Positions 48,956-59,634 of a stretch of 64,000 bases of DNA are shown piece after piece (the first letter of the stretch is position 1; each line of letters opens with the position of its first letter). The notes under the pieces are model-generated. The model saw only the letters and a program-made list of their open reading frames with translations, searched no databases and was not told where the DNA came from. The DNA is from a virus. The stretch lies in the IMG/VR virus record IMGVR_UViG_3300043446_003702, positions 1-64,000 of that record; one strand, written 5' to 3'. The translations under genes and the position numbers were made by a program.

Positions 48956-50090
48956 AATATATCCTGCCTTGGCTCGTCACGAAGCATATCCCTACACACA
49001 AGGTTGGCGTGAGTTTGGTCAACACTGGCCACACACCACACCATTACGATTGCAAGAATACTGTGACCATCATGGTGTCAAACTCAACATCATTAACATT
49101 GATGCTGAATGGCCCACTGATGCATTTTATCCTGTGGGCTTGGGTTTCTTTGACTTTGGCATTGATTATTTTGAACTAATGCCTGAGCGCATACGTAAAG
49201 GATTGTTCAATAGCAAAGTGCGTGTGTTGTTTTATTATCACGAAGGTGACAATCCTGAACGAATCAAGTCCAGACTAGACCAACTATGCATCAAACACAA
49301 TTTGAGCAACAATTGCTATGTGTTTGTAAGCTCTAATTCGACAGCCAGCAACATTCCAGGATTTGTGGCGTTCCAAGACAGTGAACTTTGGTACTGGCAA
49401 CGCAATCATTATTCTCCGCCATTGGCCATACACAATCAACCAAGAGAACGTGATTTTACAGTGCTCAACAGATTGCACAAATCTTGGCGTGCCATGGCCA
49501 TGGCTGATTTGCACCACAATGGCATATTAGACAACTCTTATTGGAGTTATTGCCAACCAGGCGAGTTTGTGGATGCAGACTGCCCTATTGAAATTGACAG
49601 TATTCCAAAATTGCGGGCAAGAACTGCCAAATTTCTTCAGTCAGCACCTTATGAGAGTGATACGCTTGATAACGATCAGCGAAACAATCATAGCATGTTG
49701 GTATCTAAGTATCATATCAACAGTTATTGTAATATTGTAATGGAAACACATTTTGACATAGGTGGCGGGATACTCTTGAGTGAAAAAACATTCAAACCTA
49801 TTAAACATGGTCAAATGTTTTTTGTAGCAGGTGCTGCGGGAAGTTTACAAGTTCTACGAGATTTGGGATACCGTGTATTTGATGGTATTTTAAACAACAG
49901 ATATGATTTAGAAATTGATGCTACCAAACGATGGATGGCCTTGATTAGATCTATTTTTTTTGCTCGATTGGATTTGCCGCAACTATTTGAATTGTGCCGT
50001 GCCGATATAGAACATAATCAACAGTTATTTCAAACCCGCAAGGCTGAACGTTTAAATAATCTTATCAAGGAAATCAATGAATCTCATTAA
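48915..50090 (+). CDS. paralog family X protein
   Basis: IVMET..SEKTFKPI..GYRVF. Confidence 0.55.
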   Translation: MSLNLIADRVIKGRIYPALARHEAYPYTQGWREFGQHWPHTTPLRLQEYCDHHGVKLNIINIDAEWPTDAFYPVGLGFFDFGIDYFELMPERIRKGLFNSKVRVLFYYHEGDNPERIKSRLDQLCIKHNLSNNCYVFVSSNSTASNIPGFVAFQDSELWYWQRNHYSPPLAIHNQPRERDFTVLNRLHKSWRAMAMADLHHNGILDNSYWSYCQPGEFVDADCPIEIDSIPKLRARTAKFLQSAPYESDTLDNDQRNNHSMLVSKYHINSYCNIVMETHFDIGGGILLSEKTFKPIKHGQMFFVAGAAGSLQVLRDLGYRVFDGILNNRYDLEIDATKRWMALIRSIFFARLDLPQLFELCRADIEHNQQLFQTRKAERLNNLIKEINESH

Positions 50091-51117
50091 CTCGTATACC
50101 AGTTGGCAACCACTAGAAGAAGTCATTGTGGGCCGTGCCTACGCACCAGACTATTTTGATTTTATTGAAAATGCGCAAGTGCGTAATCAACTACAACAGA
50201 TTCTTGCGGAAACAGAAGAAGATTTGGCTAACTTGCAAAAAACCATTGAAATGTTTGGGGCTCAAGTTCGTCGACCTAATTTACCCAACAAGCATCGTTT
50301 TCAACAAGAACAGATCAAAGGTCACGGTGCTCCACTGCCACCACTTACCCCAAGAGATTGGCAAATTACCTTGGGAGATCGATTGCTACGTGTTTTAGCA
50401 GTACAAGAACTTGATCAACTGTGTAATGAGTATGAAACTGCACAACCCGGCTCGGTGGTAAACCCACACGGTTCCTCAGGCTGGGACGAAACTTGTATAC
50501 TCAACGGCGCATCTGCCAGTTGTATAGTACGGGTGGGCCGTGATGTGTTTTTTGATAATTCAGATTTTTTAAGACCCGATCAAACACGTTGGATTGTAGA
50601 CAATGTGTTGGGATCAGAATACAGAATTCACGAAGCCATCACTGATGGACATGGCGATGCTGTATTTGCCATACTTAAACCAGGGGTACTGTTGAGTTCA
50701 AAACACGATGTAAATTTGAATCTGTCTGCTGACTTTCCTGGTTGGGACGTTTGTAAAATTTGGGATAGTTCAATATGGGCTGCCATGGAGGTAGGTAAGT
50801 TTAAGTATGAACAAAGCCCCGGTGCTTGGTATGTACAGGGACAAACACCCACACCTGAATTCACAGACTTTGTCAACACTTATCTAACTAAATGGACTGG
50901 CTTTGTTGCTGAAACTGTTTTTGATGTCAACTGCCTTGTACTGGACGAATCACATGTGATATTCAGTGCCTACAACCGAGAAGTATTTGATTATTGTCGC
51001 AAGCATAAAATTGAACCTATTATTAGTGAACTAAGGCACAGTTATTTCTGGGATGGTGGCATCAGTTGCTGCACCCAAGATATTCGCCGTCGTGGTGGAT
51101 TAGAAACTTATCTCTAG
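50077..51117 (+). CDS. amidinotransferase (pentein family)
   Basis: SWQPLEEVIVG, PRD, HGD, DVN, GGISCCTQD motifs. Confidence 0.8.
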   Translation: MNLINSYTSWQPLEEVIVGRAYAPDYFDFIENAQVRNQLQQILAETEEDLANLQKTIEMFGAQVRRPNLPNKHRFQQEQIKGHGAPLPPLTPRDWQITLGDRLLRVLAVQELDQLCNEYETAQPGSVVNPHGSSGWDETCILNGASASCIVRVGRDVFFDNSDFLRPDQTRWIVDNVLGSEYRIHEAITDGHGDAVFAILKPGVLLSSKHDVNLNLSADFPGWDVCKIWDSSIWAAMEVGKFKYEQSPGAWYVQGQTPTPEFTDFVNTYLTKWTGFVAETVFDVNCLVLDESHVIFSAYNREVFDYCRKHKIEPIISELRHSYFWDGGISCCTQDIRRRGGLETYL

Positions 51118-51899
51118 GGCCGACCGCCTACGTAAAATTTGGCTACAGAATCATCAGGACCTGTTACAGGTGTCAAGGACAAGTCAGGTAAAAACTTAGG
51201 CCATGCCAGAATACTCATTAATCCCGAAGCACCAAAAATATTTTTAGCATTATTTTTAAAGTTGTTGGGGTTGTAGTTATTGACCTGCGCCCAATAAAAT
51301 TTGTATCTTTCAGGTGACAGCAAGTTGTATATTTCTTTCAAATGTTTAGATTCATGTGCCTCATAATATATCACTGGTGACCTTGAGGCAATGATATTTT
51401 TACAACCCTGAAGCACAGATAATTCATGACCTTCAACGTCAATTTTGATAAAGTCTGGCGGCGGCAAATCTGCGGTGTCTAATTCCACAGCAGGCACAGC
51501 AATGCCTAACTCGTCCTCTACTATACATACATTACCAAAATTGCCAAATGTATTTTCGTCATAATCATTGATGTAACATGTGGCCCAGTGATTTGAAACA
51601 GCACACTGAGCAATATCTACGTTGTCAAAAGGTGCTGTGTTTTTTTCTAATAGTGCAAAGTTTTTTGGATGGGGCTCAAATGCATAGACCTTTTTTACTT
51701 TTGAGGCAAAAGCAGTGGTATGATATCCAATATTGGCACCAACATCATAGACCACACAGTTGGCATTTAAAAAACTCAACATCAAGTCCACTTCGGCCTG
51801 ACCATACTCCCCATAATGATCCAGACTGGCACCAATCATTTCATCTGTGTCATAAAACCAAAAGTCTTGAACATATCTTGTGGTAGTTGATTTTAACAT
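51114..51899 (-). CDS. FkbM family methyltransferase
   Basis: DVGANIG, AFEP, KIDVEGHE motifs. Confidence 0.9.
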   Translation of the reverse strand: MLKSTTTRYVQDFWFYDTDEMIGASLDHYGEYGQAEVDLMLSFLNANCVVYDVGANIGYHTTAFASKVKKVYAFEPHPKNFALLEKNTAPFDNVDIAQCAVSNHWATCYINDYDENTFGNFGNVCIVEDELGIAVPAVELDTADLPPPDFIKIDVEGHELSVLQGCKNIIASRSPVIYYEAHESKHLKEIYNLLSPERYKFYWAQVNNYNPNNFKNNAKNIFGASGLMSILAWPKFLPDLSLTPVTGPDDSVAKFYVGGRP

Positions 51900-53387
51900 T
51901 TAACTTACAACCTTTACATCATACAGTGCTTGAAATCTGTCAGCATCGTTTCTATCATTGACCATGGGCTCGCCGCGTATGTTCAAACTGGTGTTAAGCA
52001 ACATAGGACAACCTGTACGAGCGTACCATGCTTCTAGCAGTCGTCGGATCCCTGATCCATCTGCCGCCACCGTCTGTACTCGACTGGTGCCATCAACATG
52101 ACATATACTAGGGTAAATGCCAGGTTGGCGACAAGCAGCGACTGATTGCATGTAAGCATGAGTATGCCAGCCAGGCTTGATGTCAAAGTACTCATCAGCC
52201 AACTCAGCCAATATGACAGGGGCGAAGGGTCTAAACTTTTGTCTGCGTTTGATTTCATTGACTTGATCTTTTATGTTAGGCCTACGTGGGTCTGCCAGTA
52301 GGCTGCGGTTTCCTAGTGCCCTAGGTCCGAATTCTGCTCGACCACTCGCAATACCAACAATGCCAGTGCCACAGAGATGATCAAGGGCATCATCAACAGG
52401 ATACCCACCAGGGATGTCATGACCCAAAAAAGCGTTAGTCCAATTAATCCTGCCACGATAGGCAAGGGCTGCGGCGCCAAGGCTACTGCCAGCATCACCA
52501 GGACAAGGCATAATCCAAATATCATCGAAAAATCTCCTTAATTTTCTATTGGCCAGGCAGTTGAGGGCCACACCACCTTGATACACAAGATTGGTTGACC
52601 ACTCAAAGTCTCTGGCCCTACGCATGACGTTGCCGATCAAGCGTTCCAACATTCGCTGCGCACTGGCAGCAATATCTACATCCTCAAGTCCCGGCATGAA
52701 TTTATTGCTTAGACCTGTGTGTAAATTTTGTTTGAACTCTACGAGATCAGGGTCATTGACCAAAATTAATTCCATGAGTTCATGATAATGATCGTCGCCG
52801 TAGGCACTCATGCCCATGGTGATGTATTCTTCGTCTAGTGGGTGTAGGCCCACACGCTGAGTAATTGCACTATAAAACAGACCCAGGCTGTGCGGATATC
52901 GTTGTGCCCACAATCGTTGATACTTTGCTCTTCCTTTTCCATCATATTCGGCTCCCCAGATTGTAATAGTGTCCCACTCACCTATGGCATCAATCACAAC
53001 CACAGTGGCACGGTCATATGGTGAAGTTTGAAAACCACTGGCTGCATGTGATAGGTGATGATTGTAATTATGATAATTTCTTACATCTTGCCAACACCTT
53101 TGACCAATTTGATCATGTACAATGCGTTTGACCGACAACTTGTTCCACTCGACACCTTGTCCTGCATACCACTGGCGCAGTTGTTTGGCCCAAGGACGTT
53201 CATAGTAGGCCACAGTGTCTATGGGATTATACTGTTCTAGCTCTTGGATCAACCCTGTGTCGATATTGGCATCATTCTTGATTCGGCTGTAGCGTTCGCT
53301 ATGGCCGGCAAACAAGATATCGCCTGATCGATTGATCACAGTGGCAGCAGCATCATGAAATCCGGCCGAGATGCCTAAAATATTCAT
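51900..53387 (-). CDS. carbamoyltransferase (NodU/CmcH family)
   Basis: HDAAA, HHLSHA, GGVALNC, EFGPRALGNRS, LNTSLN motifs. Confidence 0.93.
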   Translation of the reverse strand: MNILGISAGFHDAAATVINRSGDILFAGHSERYSRIKNDANIDTGLIQELEQYNPIDTVAYYERPWAKQLRQWYAGQGVEWNKLSVKRIVHDQIGQRCWQDVRNYHNYNHHLSHAASGFQTSPYDRATVVVIDAIGEWDTITIWGAEYDGKGRAKYQRLWAQRYPHSLGLFYSAITQRVGLHPLDEEYITMGMSAYGDDHYHELMELILVNDPDLVEFKQNLHTGLSNKFMPGLEDVDIAASAQRMLERLIGNVMRRARDFEWSTNLVYQGGVALNCLANRKLRRFFDDIWIMPCPGDAGSSLGAAALAYRGRINWTNAFLGHDIPGGYPVDDALDHLCGTGIVGIASGRAEFGPRALGNRSLLADPRRPNIKDQVNEIKRRQKFRPFAPVILAELADEYFDIKPGWHTHAYMQSVAACRQPGIYPSICHVDGTSRVQTVAADGSGIRRLLEAWYARTGCPMLLNTSLNIRGEPMVNDRNDADRFQALYDVKVVS

Positions 53388-53485
53388 TTGTAAATAAATG
53401 GATCTCGTTTGCGAAGTTCGCGTAATTTTTTACGATAGCGTATTTCCAGTGTTACTCTAGCCCAAAGTTTGCGTATCCAATTCAT
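53384..53485 (-). CDS. 33-aa basic peptide ending RDPFIYK
   Basis: AAGGAG SD, ATGA-coupled on both sides; absent from the ORF track. Confidence 0.7.
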   Translation of the reverse strand: MNWIRKLWARVTLEIRYRKKLRELRKRDPFIYK

Positions 53486-54507
53486 CTCAATCTCCTTATT
53501 TGCTGTTCAGCATAGTCTGGATCGCTCCAGCAATATTCATATGTAGCCTCAGCGTCGCTAGTACGTATTTTATGTACATCAAGGTGAGCAGTAATCTGTT
53601 GCCAAATTTGATTGTAATCTAATGTGCCAAATGACTTGGATAAATTTACCTGTGCTACCTTTGGGTGCCCTATTGTAAGATTTGGATCTGCAGGATCAAA
53701 TCCGTTTTCAGTAAGCCAGGACTTAAACTCGGCAATTTTCTTAATTTGCCATTCATATGCTCCTGGATTTCTGGCCCACTCAATGTCAAAATCTCCTGCA
53801 GCCTCAGTCTGGCAACGCATATTGGTAGTTATCAATTCATCAACACTGCGCCCTTCGTCATTGAATACTTCCCAATGAGTTTTACCTACTGCTTTGTTTA
53901 CACCCACATATACTGCACCCATTTGACGATTGATGGTATCTATGCCAAACAATTCAAAATCTTCCTGATTCAATGTGAATCTTGGTGCGTTAAGCCAACA
54001 CATCAGCTGACTGGGTCTGCGCCACTCAGGTGCCTGTAGGACCTTGCGCATGCTCAGCACAAGACTTTCATACTCATGACACAACAAGTTGAGTTGACGA
54101 ATATGCCAGCGTATCCTGGCATCGGCTTGCTGCCAATAGGGACTCATGTGCCCAGAATGCCCTTGTAGATCTTCAAAGTATTTGTGTAACCAATTTAAAC
54201 GCTCATGATTAATGCCTAAATTGTCCTGTATTGTGTCGGCCACTGTGAAATGATCATTTATAATGTAACCCAAATTGGCTGCATTGATTGCGCCAATGCT
54301 GGTGTTGATTTGATCAATGATGTATTCAGCATTGCGTTTGCTTTCAGTCCAGCCCAACCAACAGTAATTTTTCTCTAGATGTAAATCATGTCGTAAAATA
54401 TCATTCAATGCAGTCAGCCATTTACGACTGAGACTGTTGTCCTCTACATCAATGTACAATGTCAGCGTGTCTGCGCCACGCAGATCTATTTCAATTCTAT
54501 CAAGCAA
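53482..54507 (-). CDS. hypothetical protein
   Basis: 341 aa ORF within the operon. Confidence 0.65.
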   Translation of the reverse strand: MLDRIEIDLRGADTLTLYIDVEDNSLSRKWLTALNDILRHDLHLEKNYCWLGWTESKRNAEYIIDQINTSIGAINAANLGYIINDHFTVADTIQDNLGINHERLNWLHKYFEDLQGHSGHMSPYWQQADARIRWHIRQLNLLCHEYESLVLSMRKVLQAPEWRRPSQLMCWLNAPRFTLNQEDFELFGIDTINRQMGAVYVGVNKAVGKTHWEVFNDEGRSVDELITTNMRCQTEAAGDFDIEWARNPGAYEWQIKKIAEFKSWLTENGFDPADPNLTIGHPKVAQVNLSKSFGTLDYNQIWQQITAHLDVHKIRTSDAEATYEYCWSDPDYAEQQIRRLR

Positions 54508-55777
54508 TGTTGTTCCACCATTCTAGCACCCGGGGTCTGGTTGCCAATATTTCAGCCATGACCGTGGGTTGTGTTCGGATGCTTTCTAATTGTAACACAC
54601 GTGCCTTGCCTTTTGCAAGACCTGCACGATATTGATCAGGCCACTGCTGTTCAAATGTGGGCCGCGTTTTTAATTGTGTCAGTACATCGCGCAGTGCACC
54701 ATCTACCTCAGGTATCAGTTCATCTATCCATTCATGCAACAGGTGTTTTGGCAATGCCAAGGGACTCATTACAATGTCTGGCGAAAATGCAAAAATTACC
54801 TTGGCCAGTACGTCGACTCCGTGGGCTCTGGCGAGATGTTTAATTCGTGTAACTTCGAACATTCCGGGCAGAGTGAGCGTAAAGTCAATTCTGACTTGAC
54901 GTCGGTGACGTTGGATCTCAATTGCTTTACCAAAATTGTCAAGCCAGCGATGATACTCGAGACCTGTTCTAATGTATTCACCAATTGGGCCTGTACCGTC
55001 GAGGCTTGCACATATCTGCCAATCCCTAAGCCGCACAAGAATATCACGAAATAAATTAGTGCCTCGATAATCAACTCGGGAAAGATTTGTATTGTATCTA
55101 GCATAAACTTTGGGCCCATCTCCTAGTTCAACAATCCTGCGCATGTACCGCCAATGTTGCTCGTACATCAAGGGTTCACCACCTACCCAGTATATCTCTT
55201 CAACTCTGTGTTGTTCTACAGCGTCAGAGAATTCTTTTTCAATCACTGTGTCTTGAAATGCTGAAATATCCTGACGTATTTCTGGTTTCATCCAGGCATT
55301 TTTGAGATTGGACCAGTCAACCATTGAGTGTTGTCGCTGTTCGGTTTCCCAGGCACTGCTCAGCATATCGCCGCAGGTTCTACATTTGAAGTTACATAGG
55401 TTTGAAAATCTGTAGTCCCAACTCACAGGCAACATGGTGGTATGGCCTGTGTCGTCGGTGGTTTCCCAGATGTCAGGGTACTTATGCTTGAACAATTGCC
55501 AAAAATACGTGCGGTAAACGTCAGTGTTCAGCAACCGGTCATTGCACACTTCGCACTCAGGCAAGGTTTCGCCGGCCATCATCCTACGACGTACACTGCG
55601 CATGTGTTCACTGTTCCAATGTTCCTCCAAAGAAATAGGAATGTATCTACCAGTGCCTGCTGCTGTGTCTATGTACTGCTCAAAATTCTGTGCAGGTTCT
55701 CTTGACGCACAGCACATGCGTCGTTCGGTTTGTGGACTCAAGTATGTATGAACCCATGGTGCCATACACAAACTCAT
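54500..55777 (-). CDS. radical SAM protein (Twitch-like N-terminus)
   Basis: CMAPW, CNFKCRTC, GGEP motifs. Confidence 0.88.
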   Translation of the reverse strand: MSLCMAPWVHTYLSPQTERRMCCASREPAQNFEQYIDTAAGTGRYIPISLEEHWNSEHMRSVRRRMMAGETLPECEVCNDRLLNTDVYRTYFWQLFKHKYPDIWETTDDTGHTTMLPVSWDYRFSNLCNFKCRTCGDMLSSAWETEQRQHSMVDWSNLKNAWMKPEIRQDISAFQDTVIEKEFSDAVEQHRVEEIYWVGGEPLMYEQHWRYMRRIVELGDGPKVYARYNTNLSRVDYRGTNLFRDILVRLRDWQICASLDGTGPIGEYIRTGLEYHRWLDNFGKAIEIQRHRRQVRIDFTLTLPGMFEVTRIKHLARAHGVDVLAKVIFAFSPDIVMSPLALPKHLLHEWIDELIPEVDGALRDVLTQLKTRPTFEQQWPDQYRAGLAKGKARVLQLESIRTQPTVMAEILATRPRVLEWWNNIA

Positions 55778-56781
55778 TGGACAAATTTCAATATTGGTTC
55801 AAGCACAGTTTCTTGCCAGAATTTTTTAGTTAATTCTTTATCAAAAAATCTAGCACGATTATGTTCGAGCTTTTGTTTTACTATGTTTTGATTGAAACTT
55901 GATTTGTCAAACTTTATTACGATATCTGCGATGAGATTTATTCTGCGTTGAAAATCTCGTTCATTGTCATAGCTTTCGTCCCATAGCTCAGGAAAAGTTT
56001 CAAATCCTTGACTACGCAAATAAGAAAGATTGCTATGTGTACCAGCTAATATAAACGGGTGATGCGCCGCAATGGCTTTGTAAGATTTCTCAGACAAAAA
56101 CCAACTGTCGCATTCCGTCAAACTTTCGCCAACATTTTCTAAGCCGTCATCCATGTAAGTTTCTACTGTGAGTGAAAAACAAGTTTGATTGATCCAGTCA
56201 AAATTCATGTATCGTTGCCAATTACCAAAACCATAGCGATCATTGGGCAAGTATACACCGCGATTTCGATAGCTATGTAAGCTGTCGTGCAACACTGGCT
56301 TTAATTTTTCATACAAGGCATCTCTATCAGGCCTGTCATTTTGTATTTGCATAAAAAATTTATGTTGATTTGTGGGCTCTGGCACAAAAGTGTGATATCC
56401 AAAATCACGATAAGTCATTTGTTCTAATATCCAATACCAATAAGGAGTGGCCTGTATAGTTACTCCTGGGATAGTTTGTGGTTTGTGTCCTGAAATTAAA
56501 AACATACCTTGACCTGGGTGTTGCATAAATTCTTTTACTATCCATTTGTATGTCAGTGGAATATAGTGTTCGTTTTTGTCGTCATATATGATTTGATGTC
56601 CACGGTCAAGTTTATCAACTATGGTGTCATGATAAGGGCCATAATGATCATAATAAAATACTGTGTCTTGGGTATAATTACGGTTGGAATCATAGAAACT
56701 TCTAGGATAGTCTGGTGGAAACAATTGATTGATCCAGTTAGGGGCAGTATCTAATTTGTACATGAAAACTATCTCACGCAT
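55774..56781 (-). CDS. paralog family X protein
   Basis: TVET..SEKSYK..GFETF..WDESYD. Confidence 0.55.
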   Translation of the reverse strand: MREIVFMYKLDTAPNWINQLFPPDYPRSFYDSNRNYTQDTVFYYDHYGPYHDTIVDKLDRGHQIIYDDKNEHYIPLTYKWIVKEFMQHPGQGMFLISGHKPQTIPGVTIQATPYWYWILEQMTYRDFGYHTFVPEPTNQHKFFMQIQNDRPDRDALYEKLKPVLHDSLHSYRNRGVYLPNDRYGFGNWQRYMNFDWINQTCFSLTVETYMDDGLENVGESLTECDSWFLSEKSYKAIAAHHPFILAGTHSNLSYLRSQGFETFPELWDESYDNERDFQRRINLIADIVIKFDKSSFNQNIVKQKLEHNRARFFDKELTKKFWQETVLEPILKFVQ

Positions 56782-57988
56782 TTTTAACGTATCCTAATAT
56801 TTCAGCGAGTTCAGGTGCCACCTCACGCAAGTCTTGATTGCGCTTGCGATCTAGATCTGCAATCTTCATGCGTGTGATGAATCCGTCAGTTGATGCACCT
56901 GTGTTCATAAAATCAACAATATGATCAAACTCCTCACGATATTCGGGCGGCACCGTTGCTGTGCGCAAATGTTCAGTGATCACAGCCTTGGCAGAGTCAG
57001 GCAGTGTGGCAATGGAAAAGTACCATGCATCATGCATCATGTTCCAGTACACAAAATCAAACTGTTGCAGTGCTATCCAATGAGCCAGTTCGTCAATGTA
57101 GCGTACATTGAACACGTTCACAGTCGAGCAGCATTGTAACTGCAGGTTGGGCATCTTAGTTTTCAAGTATTGAAAATTTGTGATGTTGTCTAGTACCACA
57201 GCCCAATCTGCATTGGTTCGTTGATATTCAAATCTTGCACCTACATCGTCAATTGAGAATGCTACTTCTACAGTTTTGAAATGCCGCCATATTGCTTCGC
57301 CACGGGCAGGATATTGTGTACCATTGGTGTTGTAATGTATTTCAACTTGGTGAGCAATGCCACGATCAATGATGCCTTGCAACATGTCAAAGTGCTCATC
57401 AATCATGAATGGTTCGCCGCCGGTGAATTCAATATATCTAATGTATGTTAGAACACTATCAATCTGTTGCCAAAACTGAGCATTTTCTCTGGGCCATGCG
57501 CCAGCACGTAGCATTTGATATGCATGGCTGGACTTCTGTTGCTCACGTGGCAATTGATTGATTTCTTCTGTGGCAAATTGACTTGAACTCCATGAGCCGC
57601 AGATACGACATTTTAAGTTACAGATGTTGCCCAGTTTCAAATCCAAAAACATCAAAGGTTTGGCATCTGCTGTCCACTTAGTGTCCTTAATTGAATGTTT
57701 GAGTCTGTCCAAAGTGTGCATGCGTTTGCTGACTCGGCCACCACGTTCTTCATTCCAACACTTACGACAAGTTTGTGGTCGCTCACCTGCTAGAAATTGC
57801 TCACGTAGTCTACGCATGTGATTGGAGTTTTGTATGCCTGCAAAGTCAGCAGTGCTCAATTCAAACTTGTTGCCCTCATTGTCTAAGATTTCATCGTCAG
57901 CAAGACAACACGGACGCACAGTGCCAATGGGTGAGGCTTCAATGCTGATCCAAGGTAGCACACAGAATTGGCCGTGTGGTATATTCAT
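56774..57988 (-). CDS. radical SAM protein (Twitch-like N-terminus)
   Basis: CVLPW, CNLKCRIC, GGEP motifs. Confidence 0.88.
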   Translation of the reverse strand: MNIPHGQFCVLPWISIEASPIGTVRPCCLADDEILDNEGNKFELSTADFAGIQNSNHMRRLREQFLAGERPQTCRKCWNEERGGRVSKRMHTLDRLKHSIKDTKWTADAKPLMFLDLKLGNICNLKCRICGSWSSSQFATEEINQLPREQQKSSHAYQMLRAGAWPRENAQFWQQIDSVLTYIRYIEFTGGEPFMIDEHFDMLQGIIDRGIAHQVEIHYNTNGTQYPARGEAIWRHFKTVEVAFSIDDVGARFEYQRTNADWAVVLDNITNFQYLKTKMPNLQLQCCSTVNVFNVRYIDELAHWIALQQFDFVYWNMMHDAWYFSIATLPDSAKAVITEHLRTATVPPEYREEFDHIVDFMNTGASTDGFITRMKIADLDRKRNQDLREVAPELAEILGYVKNA

Positions 57989-59634
57989 TTCAATGCTGCC
58001 AATTCTGGAATTACATCCAAGATGTTTTCTTTTCTGATTGCATCCAACTCGTGTGTCTTGCGCCAGAATGTATCTACTAAGTGTGTGTTGTCTGTGGCCA
58101 TCATAAAAGTTATAGCTGACTCAAATCCTTGTGTGGCTCGACCCAATGAGTCGCGGTCACGTAACCACAAGATGTGATCAAAATATTTTGTAGCCAGATG
58201 TTGTTTGTATTCAGCGGGTGCAATGTCTATCCTATAATGTAAGGGATCTTGCAAGATATTTACGTTCAAATCCTGTGCACGTATCAATCCGCGTTCAACC
58301 CAGTCTCTATGAAAGTCAGGTAGGTGCCAGGCATTCATTATGCTCAGCGTTGGTGAAATATAAAAATCTACCCCAGGGCATACCTGCATCATTTCCCGGC
58401 GATTTTGTTCTACCACTGCCCAGTCTGTGCCTTTACGAATGTACTCACCACGTGCACCAGAATCATCCAAACTGGCACCCACTGCCACTGAGTCAAACTG
58501 TTGCCAATACTCAAACACACTGCGACCTTTGAGATCCGTGTGTGTAAAGTTGGTATTGTAAATCAAACGCACATCAAATTTTTTCCTATGCACCAACTCG
58601 TCCAAGATACGATAGTGTTCTTCCATCAGCAAGGGTTCACCACCAGCAAAGTATATTTGCTCTACATAATCCAAATGCGGTTCTAACTGTTCCCACATGT
58701 CTAGTTCGGTTCGACCAGCATAGTTCAACACTGTGTTGCGATCTCGCCAGTCTTCACCGGCTAAACGAGCCTGGTCCTGGTACCATTGACTGCTGAATAT
58801 ATGACCGCAACTGCGGCATTTTAAGTTGCACAGGTTTGAAAAACGAATGTCCCAATATGTCATTTCAAACTTGTTCAAGGTACCATCTGTCTGTGTTTGT
58901 GCCACACGACTGATATTATGTCCATGGTGCTTGTTTGCACTGCGTCTTCCACTGAAAAATCCATTGTCCTCTTGTTCATAACAGCGTCCACATGTGGAGT
59001 TAAATGTTTCTCTTAGCATATCTTGACGCAGTTGTTTTTGTTTGTCTGAGTTCCAAATTTCTGCAAGTGTATTAGTGCGACAATTGCCTATCAGCCCAAC
59101 CCCCATTTCTGCGTGACAACAAGGATATGCTTCACCAGTGGGATAAGCATGTAAATGTATCCAGGGATACATGCAAAATGTTTTTGATTCAGTCAACAAA
59201 AATTGTTCACGCATGGTTAAATCTGTAGCACGAACCAAATCAGTACTGTTGTATTGATATATAGACAGTTGGTCAGCAATGTATTCTTCACTGTGATACA
59301 CATCAAAAGTTATGTCAGAGGTATCAGGCCCCGATTGCCAATTTGTGCGCACATCAGGATCGTTTGTTAATACTACAGCAAAAAAATTAGAAATATCTAT
59401 TTTAAATAACCAATGCTGTAGTCGGTTCAATATTGTCGCAATGTCTTTACATCGCGTAATTCTGAATAATATGCGCTGATTGTTTTGATATGCAGGTTGA
59501 TACAATCTATGCAACTGGCTACGCAACCAAGGATCACGTTGATATATTGTTAACTGGTGCCAGTGATCAAGGTCAACTAATGCCAATACGTCAAATTGGC
59601 CTTTGTACTCAGCAATTTTGTCATCTAGTGTCAT
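57985..59634 (-). CDS. radical SAM protein (Twitch-like domain)
   Basis: CMYPW, CNLKCRSC, GGEP motifs. Confidence 0.88.
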   Translation of the reverse strand: MTLDDKIAEYKGQFDVLALVDLDHWHQLTIYQRDPWLRSQLHRLYQPAYQNNQRILFRITRCKDIATILNRLQHWLFKIDISNFFAVVLTNDPDVRTNWQSGPDTSDITFDVYHSEEYIADQLSIYQYNSTDLVRATDLTMREQFLLTESKTFCMYPWIHLHAYPTGEAYPCCHAEMGVGLIGNCRTNTLAEIWNSDKQKQLRQDMLRETFNSTCGRCYEQEDNGFFSGRRSANKHHGHNISRVAQTQTDGTLNKFEMTYWDIRFSNLCNLKCRSCGHIFSSQWYQDQARLAGEDWRDRNTVLNYAGRTELDMWEQLEPHLDYVEQIYFAGGEPLLMEEHYRILDELVHRKKFDVRLIYNTNFTHTDLKGRSVFEYWQQFDSVAVGASLDDSGARGEYIRKGTDWAVVEQNRREMMQVCPGVDFYISPTLSIMNAWHLPDFHRDWVERGLIRAQDLNVNILQDPLHYRIDIAPAEYKQHLATKYFDHILWLRDRDSLGRATQGFESAITFMMATDNTHLVDTFWRKTHELDAIRKENILDVIPELAALK

